This document shows, in pieces, positions 34,868-43,783 of a stretch of 64,000 bases of DNA. The translations under genes and the position numbers were made by a program. Source of the stretch: Candidatus Shapirobacteria bacterium (lineage in GTDB: Bacteria; Patescibacteriota; Microgenomatia; UBA12405). Position 1 is the first letter of the stretch; every line of letters starts with the position of its first letter. The notes below the pieces were generated by a model. It was not told the origin of the DNA. It saw only the letters and a program-made list of their open reading frames with translations, and did not search any database. The stretch covers positions 69,055 to 133,054 of the forward strand of contig JALHFY010000002.1 in NCBI GenBank assembly GCA_022837635.1. The letters are read 5' to 3'.

Positions 34868-35779
34868 ATGATTAAAAAATATTGGTGGATATTTTTAATA
34901 ATTTTATTTTCAGGAATTTTTTTAACTTTAACTAAACCTAAAAAAAAGGAAGAAAGTGTAAAAACAACCACACTTATATCTGACTTTCGTAAAGTTGATG
35001 AGATATATCCAGAGACTTTAAGACAGGTTGGAGGAGTTAACTGGAATCCAGAGATCAAAGATGCTTTTCCTAGAGAAATAAAAAAAGTAACTATCAGAAA
35101 AAAAATAATTGATGAAGAAAGAGAAAAAGAAATAATAAATTATTTAGGAATTAGTCCACAAAATGGTTATGTACAAAAAGATTTTAACTATGTTCAATTT
35201 ACAAATATGCCGGAAAATGTGGCATCTTTACCAGTAGCAATTACTTGGGATATAAATGGAAACCAAAATAAAGTGAGAAAAATTATTGGAGATTTGAATC
35301 AAGAAAAAGATATAGAAATAAATTGGGCTAAGCCAGTGTACCGAAAATATACACAACCCTACATGACAGAAACACTCCAAGATCAGGCTCAATTTTTAGA
35401 GATTAGTGGTGATTATGTGTTGAATGGGAGGAAATTAACCACTTTTCACGGGGAGAGTTTTAATGCTTATTTTGATGATCGAGGGAATTTATTGAAATTA
35501 TCGGTGTATTTAAAACCAGAAATAATTGAAAAAGATGAGTTATGGTCAATTTTAAGTTTAGAAGAAGCTAAAAGAAGTCCAGCTAGAAATTATCGGGCTG
35601 GAGTTAATGACTTGTTTGAAGATATAAATAAAGTTAATGTGACTCAAACTGAACTGGTGGTAATTTTTGACAACACTAGAGAAAGTATCGCTCCCTTTTT
35701 TTTATTGGAAGGCAACACTATCTCTCAACACGAACAGAAACCGGTTAATATAACAGTTCTTTTAGGGGCGGAAAAATGA
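34868..35779 (+). CDS. N-terminally anchored hypothetical protein
   Basis: Signal anchor WWIFLIILFSGIFLTL. Confidence 0.35.
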   Translation: MIKKYWWIFLIILFSGIFLTLTKPKKKEESVKTTTLISDFRKVDEIYPETLRQVGGVNWNPEIKDAFPREIKKVTIRKKIIDEEREKEIINYLGISPQNGYVQKDFNYVQFTNMPENVASLPVAITWDINGNQNKVRKIIGDLNQEKDIEINWAKPVYRKYTQPYMTETLQDQAQFLEISGDYVLNGRKLTTFHGESFNAYFDDRGNLLKLSVYLKPEIIEKDELWSILSLEEAKRSPARNYRAGVNDLFEDINKVNVTQTELVVIFDNTRESIAPFFLLEGNTISQHEQKPVNITVLLGAEK

Positions 35780-36138
35780 AAAAGAAAAATTTTTTTGAAT
35801 ACCCTTTAATAATTTTTTTAATAGTTTTAGGAATACTAATGGCAATAGTGAAATGGCAATATAGAAATGTGGTTTGGGAAGATGTTAGACCGACAGTAAT
35901 AGTGACTCCTAGCCCAACCATTGCCCCGCAAATCAACGAGGAATACCCTTTGTGGGAGAAACTACCATATCGAGGTGAGGGTTATGTTGTAGAGCGTTAT
36001 ACGGAGCCTGGGACTCTAATGGTGAGAATAAACAAAAAAACAGATACAGAGATTATTACTCAAGCAATTTATGAATGGATGAGAGAGTATCAAGTAGCAA
36101 CAGAAAGTCAGAAATTGATTTTTGAAAAATCAGACTAA
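35776..36138 (+). CDS. N-terminally anchored hypothetical protein
   Basis: Signal anchor; 4-bp overlap with the upstream gene. Confidence 0.35.
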   Translation: MKKKNFFEYPLIIFLIVLGILMAIVKWQYRNVVWEDVRPTVIVTPSPTIAPQINEEYPLWEKLPYRGEGYVVERYTEPGTLMVRINKKTDTEIITQAIYEWMREYQVATESQKLIFEKSD

Positions 36139-37253
36139 TCTTGAATTCGGACAGGCATGATAATATGGGTCAGATCAGGATCGGTTTGGTCACGAAAAAT
36201 TCCAGGAGAGAGAGCTTCGTTTAATTCGATAATAATTTCTTCACCCTGACAAATAGTTAAAAAATCAGAAACAAAACGGTAATTAAAGGCAATTTCTAGA
36301 GTTTCACCTTCAACTTTAGCTTCCAAAGAGACTCGGTTTTGGCCAATTTGAGGAGCATTAGCGGAGAGTTCAAGAGAATCTTTTTTAACAGTAAATTTAA
36401 CTACATTAGCTGATTCTCGAGCAAATACAGAACTTTGACGAATAGCTTGGGCAAATTCTTCTTTGTTAAGATAAATTTTAGTAACTGACTCTTGAGGAAT
36501 AATTCTTTCAAAATCAGGGAACTCACCATCAATTAAACGAGAAACAATTTCCGAATTTTCAAGAACAAAAACTACTTGATGCGAATCTTTAGTTAGACCA
36601 ATTTTAATCTTGCCATTACCTTTGGCTAATTTAACCACTTCTGAAAGAGATCGGGCGGGAATAAGTAAATTAACAGCTTCACTATCTAGGTTTAAGGGGG
36701 TAGTTAATTTAATGGTTTTCAAAGAAAGTCTAAAACCGTCAGTGGCCACTAAACGGAGTTCATTGGTAGTAAAAGTACATAAAATAGCAGTAAGGATTGG
36801 ACGAGAATCGTCGGTAGCAGCAGCAAAGGCGACTTCATTAATAGCTTGAGTTAATAGAGAAAGATCGATTTCTAAGGCAGTTTTTTCATCAAGACTGGGA
36901 ATGACAGGAAAATCAGTGGCCGGTAGACAAGCAAAATTAGACTCGGTTTTGTCTGAAGTTAAAGTTAAAAGAGTTTTGTCTTTTAAGGTAAAGTCTAATT
37001 TACCAGCAGGTAAATAGGAAACAAATTCAGTAATTTCTTTGGCTGGTAGACAAAAAGAACCTTCAGTTTCGATTTTGGCACCTAACCAATAATTGATACC
37101 TAATTCTAAATTAGTAGCAGAAAGTTTAAGTCGACCTTGGTCAGTGGTAAATAAAATATGACTAAGAACAGGTAATTGAATTTTAGAAGCTACGAAACGA
37201 GAGGTATCAGACAGAGCTTGAGAAAGATTTTCACTTAAAAGGGATAACTTCAT
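36135..37253 (-). CDS. dnaN: DNA polymerase III beta sliding clamp
   Basis: 372 aa with three-domain beta-clamp pattern; adjacent to dnaA. Confidence 0.85.
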   Translation of the reverse strand: MKLSLLSENLSQALSDTSRFVASKIQLPVLSHILFTTDQGRLKLSATNLELGINYWLGAKIETEGSFCLPAKEITEFVSYLPAGKLDFTLKDKTLLTLTSDKTESNFACLPATDFPVIPSLDEKTALEIDLSLLTQAINEVAFAAATDDSRPILTAILCTFTTNELRLVATDGFRLSLKTIKLTTPLNLDSEAVNLLIPARSLSEVVKLAKGNGKIKIGLTKDSHQVVFVLENSEIVSRLIDGEFPDFERIIPQESVTKIYLNKEEFAQAIRQSSVFARESANVVKFTVKKDSLELSANAPQIGQNRVSLEAKVEGETLEIAFNYRFVSDFLTICQGEEIIIELNEALSPGIFRDQTDPDLTHIIMPVRIQD

Positions 37254-37460
37254 TGACCTATATCTTAACAGATTTTAGGTATAGAAAACAGTAGTTTTAG
37301 TATTAGGTAAAGTGGAATAGTGGAATAAAGGAGAAGATTAGTAGATAAATAGATAAATAGTGAGTAAAAGAAATTGTGGATTGATAGATATAGGCGGGAG
37401 GTTATTGTAAAGATAGTTTTTATGACCTATAAAAAGTAGTTGTTTTTTGGGTTTGTTTCG

Positions 37461-37524
37461 GTGGAAAAGTGAGAGGAAAAATGTGGAAAAGAAAGTGGAA
37501 AAGTGAGAGGAAAAATGTGGAAAA
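37461..37524. promoter_or_regulatory. DnaA-box-like cluster between dnaA and dnaN (candidate oriC part)
   Basis: Two 31-bp direct repeats gtggaaaagtgagaggaaaaatgtggaaaag; TGTGGAAAA (1 mismatch to TGTGGATAA) at 37482 and 37516; ttgtggatt at 37377. Confidence 0.45.
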
Positions 37525-37526
37525 AA

Positions 37527-38888
37527 TTAGAGTGAATTTTTGATTTGGTTGATAACTTGAGAAAGTTGTGGAAAAGTTTGAAGGTCGGCAGTAATTTTAT
37601 CTCGAGCATGCATAATACTAGTATGATCTCGACCACCTAAGAGATTACCAACTTCTTTTAAGGGAAGGTTGAGTTCGGTTAAAAGCAGGTAAGCGGTGAT
37701 ATGGCGAGCGTTAGCAATGTCTTTTTTACGAGAAGGACCGGTTAATTCTCCAGTTTTTAGATTAAAAAATTTAGCACAAACAGAAATGAGGTGGCGAGCA
37801 TTAACTTTGGAAGAAGGAGAAGAAAAGGCGGCACTAGTGGGACTACCTGGGTTACCTAAAAAATGACTAACAAAATCAACATCGACTAGTTTATGGTTTT
37901 GAGCTAAGCTGATAACAGAAATGTCTTGAATTTTGCCTTCAATATCACGAATATTGGAATTGAGATTATCGGCTAAAAATTGAACTGCTTCAAAAGTGAG
38001 GTCTATCCCCCGCTCTTGAGCCTTTTGTTGAATAATAGCCGAGCGCATTTCCAAATCAGGGGGTTGAATATCAACAGTTAAACCACCCATAAAACGAGAG
38101 ACTAGACGGTCTTCAAGATCTTTAATATCACTGGGTTTGCGATCAGAGGTAAGAATGATTTGTTTGCCAGCTAAATGCAAAGCGTTAAAAGTATGGAAAA
38201 ATTCTTCTTGAATATATTCTTTACCAGCTAAGAATTGGACATCATCGACTAAGATACAATCAAGTTGACGGTATTTATTTTTAAATTGAGCGATAGATTT
38301 ACTTTTAAGGGAGGTAATTAATTCATTACCAAAGGTTTCAGCAGGAAAATACTTAATTTTGAATTCAGGATTATTTTTTAAGAGTTCGTGGCCGACGGCT
38401 TGCATGAGATGGGTTTTGCCAACACCAACTCCACCCCAAAGAAAGAAAGGGTTATAGGAAAGACCGGGATTTTTAAGAATACCTTGGGCAGCAGCATAGG
38501 CAAAATTATTACTGTTACCAACAATAAGATTGTCAAAAGTATAACGAGGGTGAAGACCAGCATTACTAAAAGAAATAGTAGAAACTTTAGGTTGATAGGA
38601 AAAAAGAGGAGTAGAGGCAGTAGAAGGAGTATCTGGGTTGATGATATCTTGAACCACAAAATGAAGAGAGTTACTGCTTTTAGTTTGATTATCAAGGGCG
38701 TTTTTGAAAAGCTGATAATAACGTTTTTGATTAAGATCGCAAAGATAGGAGCTGGTACAGGCGATGGTGGCTTGATGATCAACTAAAGAAATTAACTGGG
38801 TTTTGACGACAAAGGTTTGATAAACAGCGGGAGCCAAGACAATCCGAAGTTCTTCTTGAGTGTTTTTCCAAAGTTGAGCTAAATCCAT
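37527..38888 (-). CDS. dnaA: Chromosomal replication initiator DnaA
   Basis: AAA+ Walker A GGVGVGKTHLMQA; C-terminal domain IV; 453 aa. Confidence 0.95.
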   Translation of the reverse strand: MDLAQLWKNTQEELRIVLAPAVYQTFVVKTQLISLVDHQATIACTSSYLCDLNQKRYYQLFKNALDNQTKSSNSLHFVVQDIINPDTPSTASTPLFSYQPKVSTISFSNAGLHPRYTFDNLIVGNSNNFAYAAAQGILKNPGLSYNPFFLWGGVGVGKTHLMQAVGHELLKNNPEFKIKYFPAETFGNELITSLKSKSIAQFKNKYRQLDCILVDDVQFLAGKEYIQEEFFHTFNALHLAGKQIILTSDRKPSDIKDLEDRLVSRFMGGLTVDIQPPDLEMRSAIIQQKAQERGIDLTFEAVQFLADNLNSNIRDIEGKIQDISVISLAQNHKLVDVDFVSHFLGNPGSPTSAAFSSPSSKVNARHLISVCAKFFNLKTGELTGPSRKKDIANARHITAYLLLTELNLPLKEVGNLLGGRDHTSIMHARDKITADLQTFPQLSQVINQIKNSL

Positions 38889-39012
38889 AAGAACTCTCCT
38901 TCAACCTCGCTTTTAACAAGAAAGGGTATAGAAAATTTTATTAAGGTTTTTTCTGTCATTTTTACCTAAAATTAGGCAAGAATAATATCCGGCAGGAAAA
39001 AGTGAGGCGGGC

Positions 39013-39044
39013 TTATCCACATAATGATAAAGTAGTTTTCCACA
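39013..39044. promoter_or_regulatory. DnaA boxes upstream of dnaA
   Basis: Perfect TTATCCACA at 39013-39021; TTTTCCACA at 39036-39044. Confidence 0.55.
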
Positions 39045-39092
39045 ATTTGGAATGGGTCAAATAATTAAAGGTAGGTGTGGTAAAATTTCTAC

Positions 39093-39242
39093 ATGAAACA
39101 AAAGAGAACTTATCAACCAAAAACAAAAAAGAGAGCCAGAGTTCATGGTTTTTTGAAAAGAATGAGTACGGCTTTGGGTCGAAAAGTGATTAAAAAAAGA
39201 CGAGCTAAGGGCAGAAGAAGATTGACGGTGGAATCAAAATAG
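39093..39242 (+). CDS. rpmH: 50S ribosomal protein L34
   Basis: [46 protein letters not shown]; not in the ORF track (49 aa). Confidence 0.9.
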   Translation: MKQKRTYQPKTKKRARVHGFLKRMSTALGRKVIKKRRAKGRRRLTVESK

Positions 39243-39251
39243 AAACTAGTT

Positions 39252-39581
39252 ATGCTTAAAAAAGAATTTAGATTAAACAAAAGAAAGGATTTTGAGGAAA
39301 TTAAGACCAAAGGGAAACTTAAAAACGGGGAATTGTTTAGTGTTTTAGAATTAAAAAAGGAGCAAAGAGGGTTGTTGAATGTAAAGGTAGCAGTAATAGT
39401 GTCTAAGAAGATTTCTAAAAAGGCGGTGGAGAGAAATAAAATTCGTCGAAAAATGTACCTAATGATAGGTAAAAATATGAACATTTTTCCAGAAGGTACC
39501 CGAGTTTTATTTTTAGTGAAAAAAAATATTTTAGATAAGAGTGAAGTGGAGATGGAAAAATGTTTAAGAAAATTGTTTTGA
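39252..39581 (+). CDS. rnpA: RNase P protein component
   Basis: Position after rpmH; basic 109 aa protein with RNR-like KIRRKM. Confidence 0.8.
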   Translation: MLKKEFRLNKRKDFEEIKTKGKLKNGELFSVLELKKEQRGLLNVKVAVIVSKKISKKAVERNKIRRKMYLMIGKNMNIFPEGTRVLFLVKKNILDKSEVEMEKCLRKLF

Positions 39582-39766
39582 AATTATTAGTTTTTTACAA
39601 AAAATATTTGTCTATAGGGGAAAACTGTCGTTTTGTGCCCAGTTGCAGTGAATACACTTATCAGGCGGTGGATAAGTACGGAATAATTAAGGGTTTGTTT
39701 TTAGGATTAAAAAGAATTAGTCGATGTAATAGGTGGCATCAAGGCGGAATAGATTTGCTAAAATAG
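39560..39766 (+). CDS. yidD: Membrane protein insertion efficiency factor YidD
   Basis: CRFVPSCSEYTYQAV...GLKRISRCNRWHQGGID. Confidence 0.8.
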   Translation: MFKKIVLKLLVFYKKYLSIGENCRFVPSCSEYTYQAVDKYGIIKGLFLGLKRISRCNRWHQGGIDLLK

Positions 39767-39770
39767 CCTC

Positions 39771-40553
39771 ATGAATCCTTTGGTAGCTCTCTTTGTTAAC
39801 GCGCTTTTTGGTTTTTATTATTTATTAGGTAACCTAGGATTATCGATTATTGTAGTGACTTTGTTAATTCGTTTAGCTTTGCTGCCTTTGATTTTGCCGA
39901 GTTTAAGGTCAGGTCGAAAAATGCAGGAGCTACAACCAGAACTGCAAAGACTACAAGACAAATATGGGAAAAATAAGACCGCTTTAGCTACGGCTCAGAT
40001 GGAGTTATATAAGAAGAAAGGAGTTAATCCCCTATCAGGTTGTTTACCGAATATTTTACAAATAGTGGTACTAATGCTGTTTTTTTCAGCCTTCAATATG
40101 GTGTCAGGATATGTAGATGGGAGAGTGAATGCGGAAACTATTAACAGGCAGTTAATAGCTCCATTTAAGATTCAAGAAGATTTTCGTTTTAGTGATCATT
40201 TTTTGGGGGTAAAATTATCAGAAACACCGACAAAAATGGTGAAAAATGGGGTGTCGGTGAGCTTATTATTACCATTGGTATTGCTCTTGGGCTCAGCTTA
40301 TTTGCAACATTGGACGGCTAAAAGAATGTTGCCAGCTTCAGCTCCAAAAGATACTGTTTATACCAAACAAACTCCGGGAGAAGGTGATGATATGATGGCA
40401 GCAATGAGAACCCAATCAACTTATATGATGCCGATGATGACTTTGTTTATCGGTTTGAATTTTTCGATGGGAATTTTGATTTATTGGTTTGTAAACAGTT
40501 TGACTATAGCCGGGCAACAGTTAATTATGGCTAAAAGTGAGGCAAAAAAGTAA
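39771..40553 (+). CDS. yidC: Membrane protein insertase YidC (short form)
   Basis: Gene order; conserved LLPLI and NPLSGCLPNILQIVVL motifs. Confidence 0.8.
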   Translation: MNPLVALFVNALFGFYYLLGNLGLSIIVVTLLIRLALLPLILPSLRSGRKMQELQPELQRLQDKYGKNKTALATAQMELYKKKGVNPLSGCLPNILQIVVLMLFFSAFNMVSGYVDGRVNAETINRQLIAPFKIQEDFRFSDHFLGVKLSETPTKMVKNGVSVSLLLPLVLLLGSAYLQHWTAKRMLPASAPKDTVYTKQTPGEGDDMMAAMRTQSTYMMPMMTLFIGLNFSMGILIYWFVNSLTIAGQQLIMAKSEAKK

Positions 40554-40575
40554 ATTATTGTGTTAAAATCGCCAC

Positions 40576-41052
40576 ATGGATAATAAAGCTAGAAACGAAA
40601 AAATCTTGAATTTGACCTGCGAAATGTTGGGGAAAATTAATTATGAAGTGGAAAATGCGTTTGTAGAAGATATTCCTGGAGAGGCAGAAGAAAACCAAGT
40701 TTTGGTGAGTGTAACTGTCCCCCAACCCGGTGGATTAATTGGGTTTCGAGGTCGAAACATGTCGGCACTACAACTAGTGTTGTCGTTGGCGGTTAAGAAA
40801 AAGTTGGGTGAGTGGGTAAGAGTGGTTTTAGATATAAATAATTATCGAGAAGAGCAAAAAGTAAGATTAGAAAAAATGTCTAGAGATTTGGCACAAAAAG
40901 TGTTGGAAACCGGCAAAGAGGTACATATGGCCAACATGAGTTCTTACGAGAGAAGAATTTGTCATATGGTGTTGACGGAAATTGAGGGAATAACTTCGGA
41001 TTCTGAAGGTGAGGGTGAAGAAAGACATATTGTGATAAAAAAATTACAATAA
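40576..41052 (+). CDS. jag: Jag/KhpB-like RNA-binding protein (KH + R3H)
   Basis: C-terminal R3H (YERRICHMVL); gene order after yidC. Confidence 0.7.
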   Translation: MDNKARNEKILNLTCEMLGKINYEVENAFVEDIPGEAEENQVLVSVTVPQPGGLIGFRGRNMSALQLVLSLAVKKKLGEWVRVVLDINNYREEQKVRLEKMSRDLAQKVLETGKEVHMANMSSYERRICHMVLTEIEGITSDSEGEGEERHIVIKKLQ

Positions 41053-41196
41053 CCAAAAAACCTGCCTCGCCGGCAGGCAGGCAAATCTCAAACTCTTTGT
41101 AATTTGAATAATTGGACATTGTTTGTTTCTTGTAGATTTGGTTATTGGAGCTTGTTTGTATCTTGTGATTTTGGTTATTGGAATTTTAAGTGTGGT
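41044..41196. repeat. Composite intergenic repeat (hairpin head plus two ~37-bp tandem units), related to 62143-62262
   Basis: Shares caaatctcaaactct..gtaatttg and ttgtttgtatcttgtgattttggttattggaattt with 62183-62262. Confidence 0.8.
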
Positions 41197-41206
41197 AGCA
41201 TAGGGC

Positions 41207-42400
41207 GTGGAGAGATTTTGGACATTTTTATGGTTGTTGTTGGTGCCCACACAGTTGGGAAAACATTTTTGGTTAACCGAGAGTTATGTAGCAGGGATTA
41301 AGGTTGACTATTTGTCGATTATTTTATATTTGACAGATATGGTGTGGTTGGGGTGGGTGTTTAGCTTAAAAAAAGAAAGGAAGAAAAATAAGATTGGGAA
41401 AATTTTGGCGATATTATTGGTTATTTTGGTAAACGTGTGGATGGCTGAAGCGAGATGGGTGGCAGTGTATAGGTGGTTGAGAATAGGGCAATGGGTAGTT
41501 ACAGTCTGGTTGGTGGCTGAAAATAAAGAGAAAATTAAGGAAGTTTTACTAAAAGTGGTGCCGATATGGATATTGATAGAGGTGTTTTTGGCAGCATCTC
41601 AGGTGGCTAAAGGTGGCAGTTTAGAGGGTATTTGGTACTGGCTAGGCGAACGACGTTTTAGTTTTGGGAGTGTGGGAATTGCGCAAATGCGCTGGGGTAA
41701 TGAGGCGGCAATACGAGCTTACGGAACTTTTTCACACCCTAATTCATTGGCGGGATTTTTGTTATTGGTGTGGGTGTGGTGGAAAGAAGAAACCCGCCTA
41801 CCGGCGGGTAAACGAGAAACAAGAATATGGTATTGGGTGGTGAATTGGTCGGCAATATTGGGAATAATTTTAACGGGGAGTAGAACAGTGTGGGTGTTGG
41901 CATTATTGACATGGATATTAGAAACAAGAAACAAGAAACTAGAAACAAGAAGAATTTTGGGCAGAATATTAGTAGTATTAGGAGTGGGGGCAATGGTGTT
42001 GGGATTGCTGGGACGGGAATATGAGTTAAAGAGTTTTTTGGGTGGCTGGGATAGTCAAAGTTGGCAAAAAAGAATGAGTTTGAACATGTCAGCTTTAGAG
42101 ATGATGGCCGACTCCCCTATTTTCGGAGTGGGAGCAGGAAATTTTACTAAGAGATTGGGAGAATACCAGAAAGGAAGTTTTTACTGGTTGCAGCCAGTTC
42201 ATAATATTTTGTTGTTGGCTTTAAGTGAGACAGGAATAGTGGGAGCAATGATGTTTTGGAAGTTTTTTAAGAGGTACTGGAAAAAGATTGACTGGTGGAT
42301 GGGGATGATAATAATGGTAACAGGGTTGGTGGATCATTATTGGCTAACACTACCACAAAATACTTGGCTTCTGGCCATAATTTTAGGGATTTTGGGGTAG
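41207..42400 (+). CDS. O-antigen ligase/polymerase-like membrane protein
   Basis: Polytopic membrane protein with loop motif GSRTVWV; contains an in-frame heptad minisatellite at 41918-41955. Confidence 0.45.
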   Translation: MERFWTFLWLLLVPTQLGKHFWLTESYVAGIKVDYLSIILYLTDMVWLGWVFSLKKERKKNKIGKILAILLVILVNVWMAEARWVAVYRWLRIGQWVVTVWLVAENKEKIKEVLLKVVPIWILIEVFLAASQVAKGGSLEGIWYWLGERRFSFGSVGIAQMRWGNEAAIRAYGTFSHPNSLAGFLLLVWVWWKEETRLPAGKRETRIWYWVVNWSAILGIILTGSRTVWVLALLTWILETRNKKLETRRILGRILVVLGVGAMVLGLLGREYELKSFLGGWDSQSWQKRMSLNMSALEMMADSPIFGVGAGNFTKRLGEYQKGSFYWLQPVHNILLLALSETGIVGAMMFWKFFKRYWKKIDWWMGMIIMVTGLVDHYWLTLPQNTWLLAIILGILG

Positions 42401-42409
42401 AATTGTTTT

Positions 42410-43624
42410 ATGTTCAAAAGATTAGCCTTAAATACGGCAGTGCAGACTTTGGGGCGGGCAATAATGGTGGGAGTATCGTTATTAACGACTGGAATATTAA
42501 CGAGAAAACTGGGAGTAACTGGGTATGGAAATTTTTTACTGATAGGTTCTTTGGGAGTGTTTTTTGATACCTTGGCGGACTTTGGAACAACTATCATGGG
42601 TGTTAGAGAAGCTTCTAAGGAGGAAAGTGAAGTTGGAAAGAAAAAAGTTTGGTCAAATACAGCTATTTTGAGAATAAAAATGGCTTTAGTTAGTTTTTGT
42701 CTGGCAATAATAGTAACTTTTGTATGGCCGGATTTTAAGGAAATTAGAATGGAGGCAATTTTGGCTTGGGTGATGCTGTTGTTTACTTCAATTGCTGGAA
42801 GTTTTAGCATAATTTGGCAAACAAGATTGAGAATGGAAAAGAAGGTAGTAGCAGAGGTTATGTTTCCTAGTTTGTTTTTAGTGGCTTTATGGTTACATCA
42901 AGGAGAAATAAGTTTATTGTGGGTGTTTGGGATATATTTGTTGGCTCGAATTATAAGTTTGAGTTATGCCTGGTATGTAGCTCGTGGATCGATTTCTTTT
43001 AGGAAAAAAGATAAAGAATTGATTAAAAAAATCTTAAGGTTGAGTTGGCCAATGGGAGTTTATTTACTGATTTTTTCAGCTTATGATCGGGCGGCAGATT
43101 CGTTGATGATTAGGCGAATGTTAGGGGAAAATGAAGTGGCTTGGTATGGGTTGGCGTATAAAATTTATGCAGTATTGGTACAACCAGCATATTTTTTAGT
43201 AAGTGGAGTTTTTCCGACCTTATCGGCAAGAAAAGAGACTAAAAAGGTGTTTGGATTAACGGCTGGCTTGTTATTAATTGCGGCAGGATTGGTGATTAGC
43301 CTGAGTTGGGTATTGGCGCCATGGATGATTAAAGTATTGGCGGGAGAAGGTTATGAAAGAGCAGTGGAGGTATTACGGATTTTAGTTTTTGCCTTATTAT
43401 TCTCATATTTGGGTCATTTGGTAGGCTTTACTTTAATTGCTAAAGAAGGGCAAAAGGAAATGTCAAAATTAAGTTTGTTGGTATTGTTTTTTAATTTGAT
43501 AGCTAATTTGATATTTATTCCTATACTTGGGTTAAAAGGAGCGGCGGGAGTGACAGTAACTACGGAAGCTTTATCACTGGGTTTCATGAGTTGGAAACTG
43601 AGACAAAAAACGAGTCTTAAGTAA
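42410..43624 (+). CDS. Polysaccharide flippase (Wzx/MOP family)
   Basis: 12-TM pattern; N-terminal LGRAIMVGVSLLTTGILTRKLGVTGYG. Confidence 0.6.
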   Translation: MFKRLALNTAVQTLGRAIMVGVSLLTTGILTRKLGVTGYGNFLLIGSLGVFFDTLADFGTTIMGVREASKEESEVGKKKVWSNTAILRIKMALVSFCLAIIVTFVWPDFKEIRMEAILAWVMLLFTSIAGSFSIIWQTRLRMEKKVVAEVMFPSLFLVALWLHQGEISLLWVFGIYLLARIISLSYAWYVARGSISFRKKDKELIKKILRLSWPMGVYLLIFSAYDRAADSLMIRRMLGENEVAWYGLAYKIYAVLVQPAYFLVSGVFPTLSARKETKKVFGLTAGLLLIAAGLVISLSWVLAPWMIKVLAGEGYERAVEVLRILVFALLFSYLGHLVGFTLIAKEGQKEMSKLSLLVLFFNLIANLIFIPILGLKGAAGVTVTTEALSLGFMSWKLRQKTSLK

Positions 43625-43783
43625 AGAGTAATCAGTAGAAAGATATAGTTCCCTATCTATTGTTCTAACGTTTTTTCACGTAATAACTAAGGAGTTTGAC
43701 AAGTTATGACATATTTTGACAATTATTTACCGCAGAATAACCGAAAGATTTCCGCAAAGATATTTTTGCTTTAGAATGGAAGT

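Noticed and set aside
38378-38786. Antisense or overlapping ORFs inside dnaA, and similar short internal ORFs listed elsewhere (e.g. 923-1135, 3348-3572, 24492-24716, 53511-53993)
   Set aside because: They are embedded in, or antisense to, well-supported genes and are low complexity, as typically produced by AT-rich DNA.
41052-41080. The CCTGCC-TCGCCG-GCAGG hairpin after jag as a rho-independent terminator
   Set aside because: It is not followed by a U-tract on the plus strand. The same hairpin occurs in-frame inside trxB, so it is treated as a repeat-family module.
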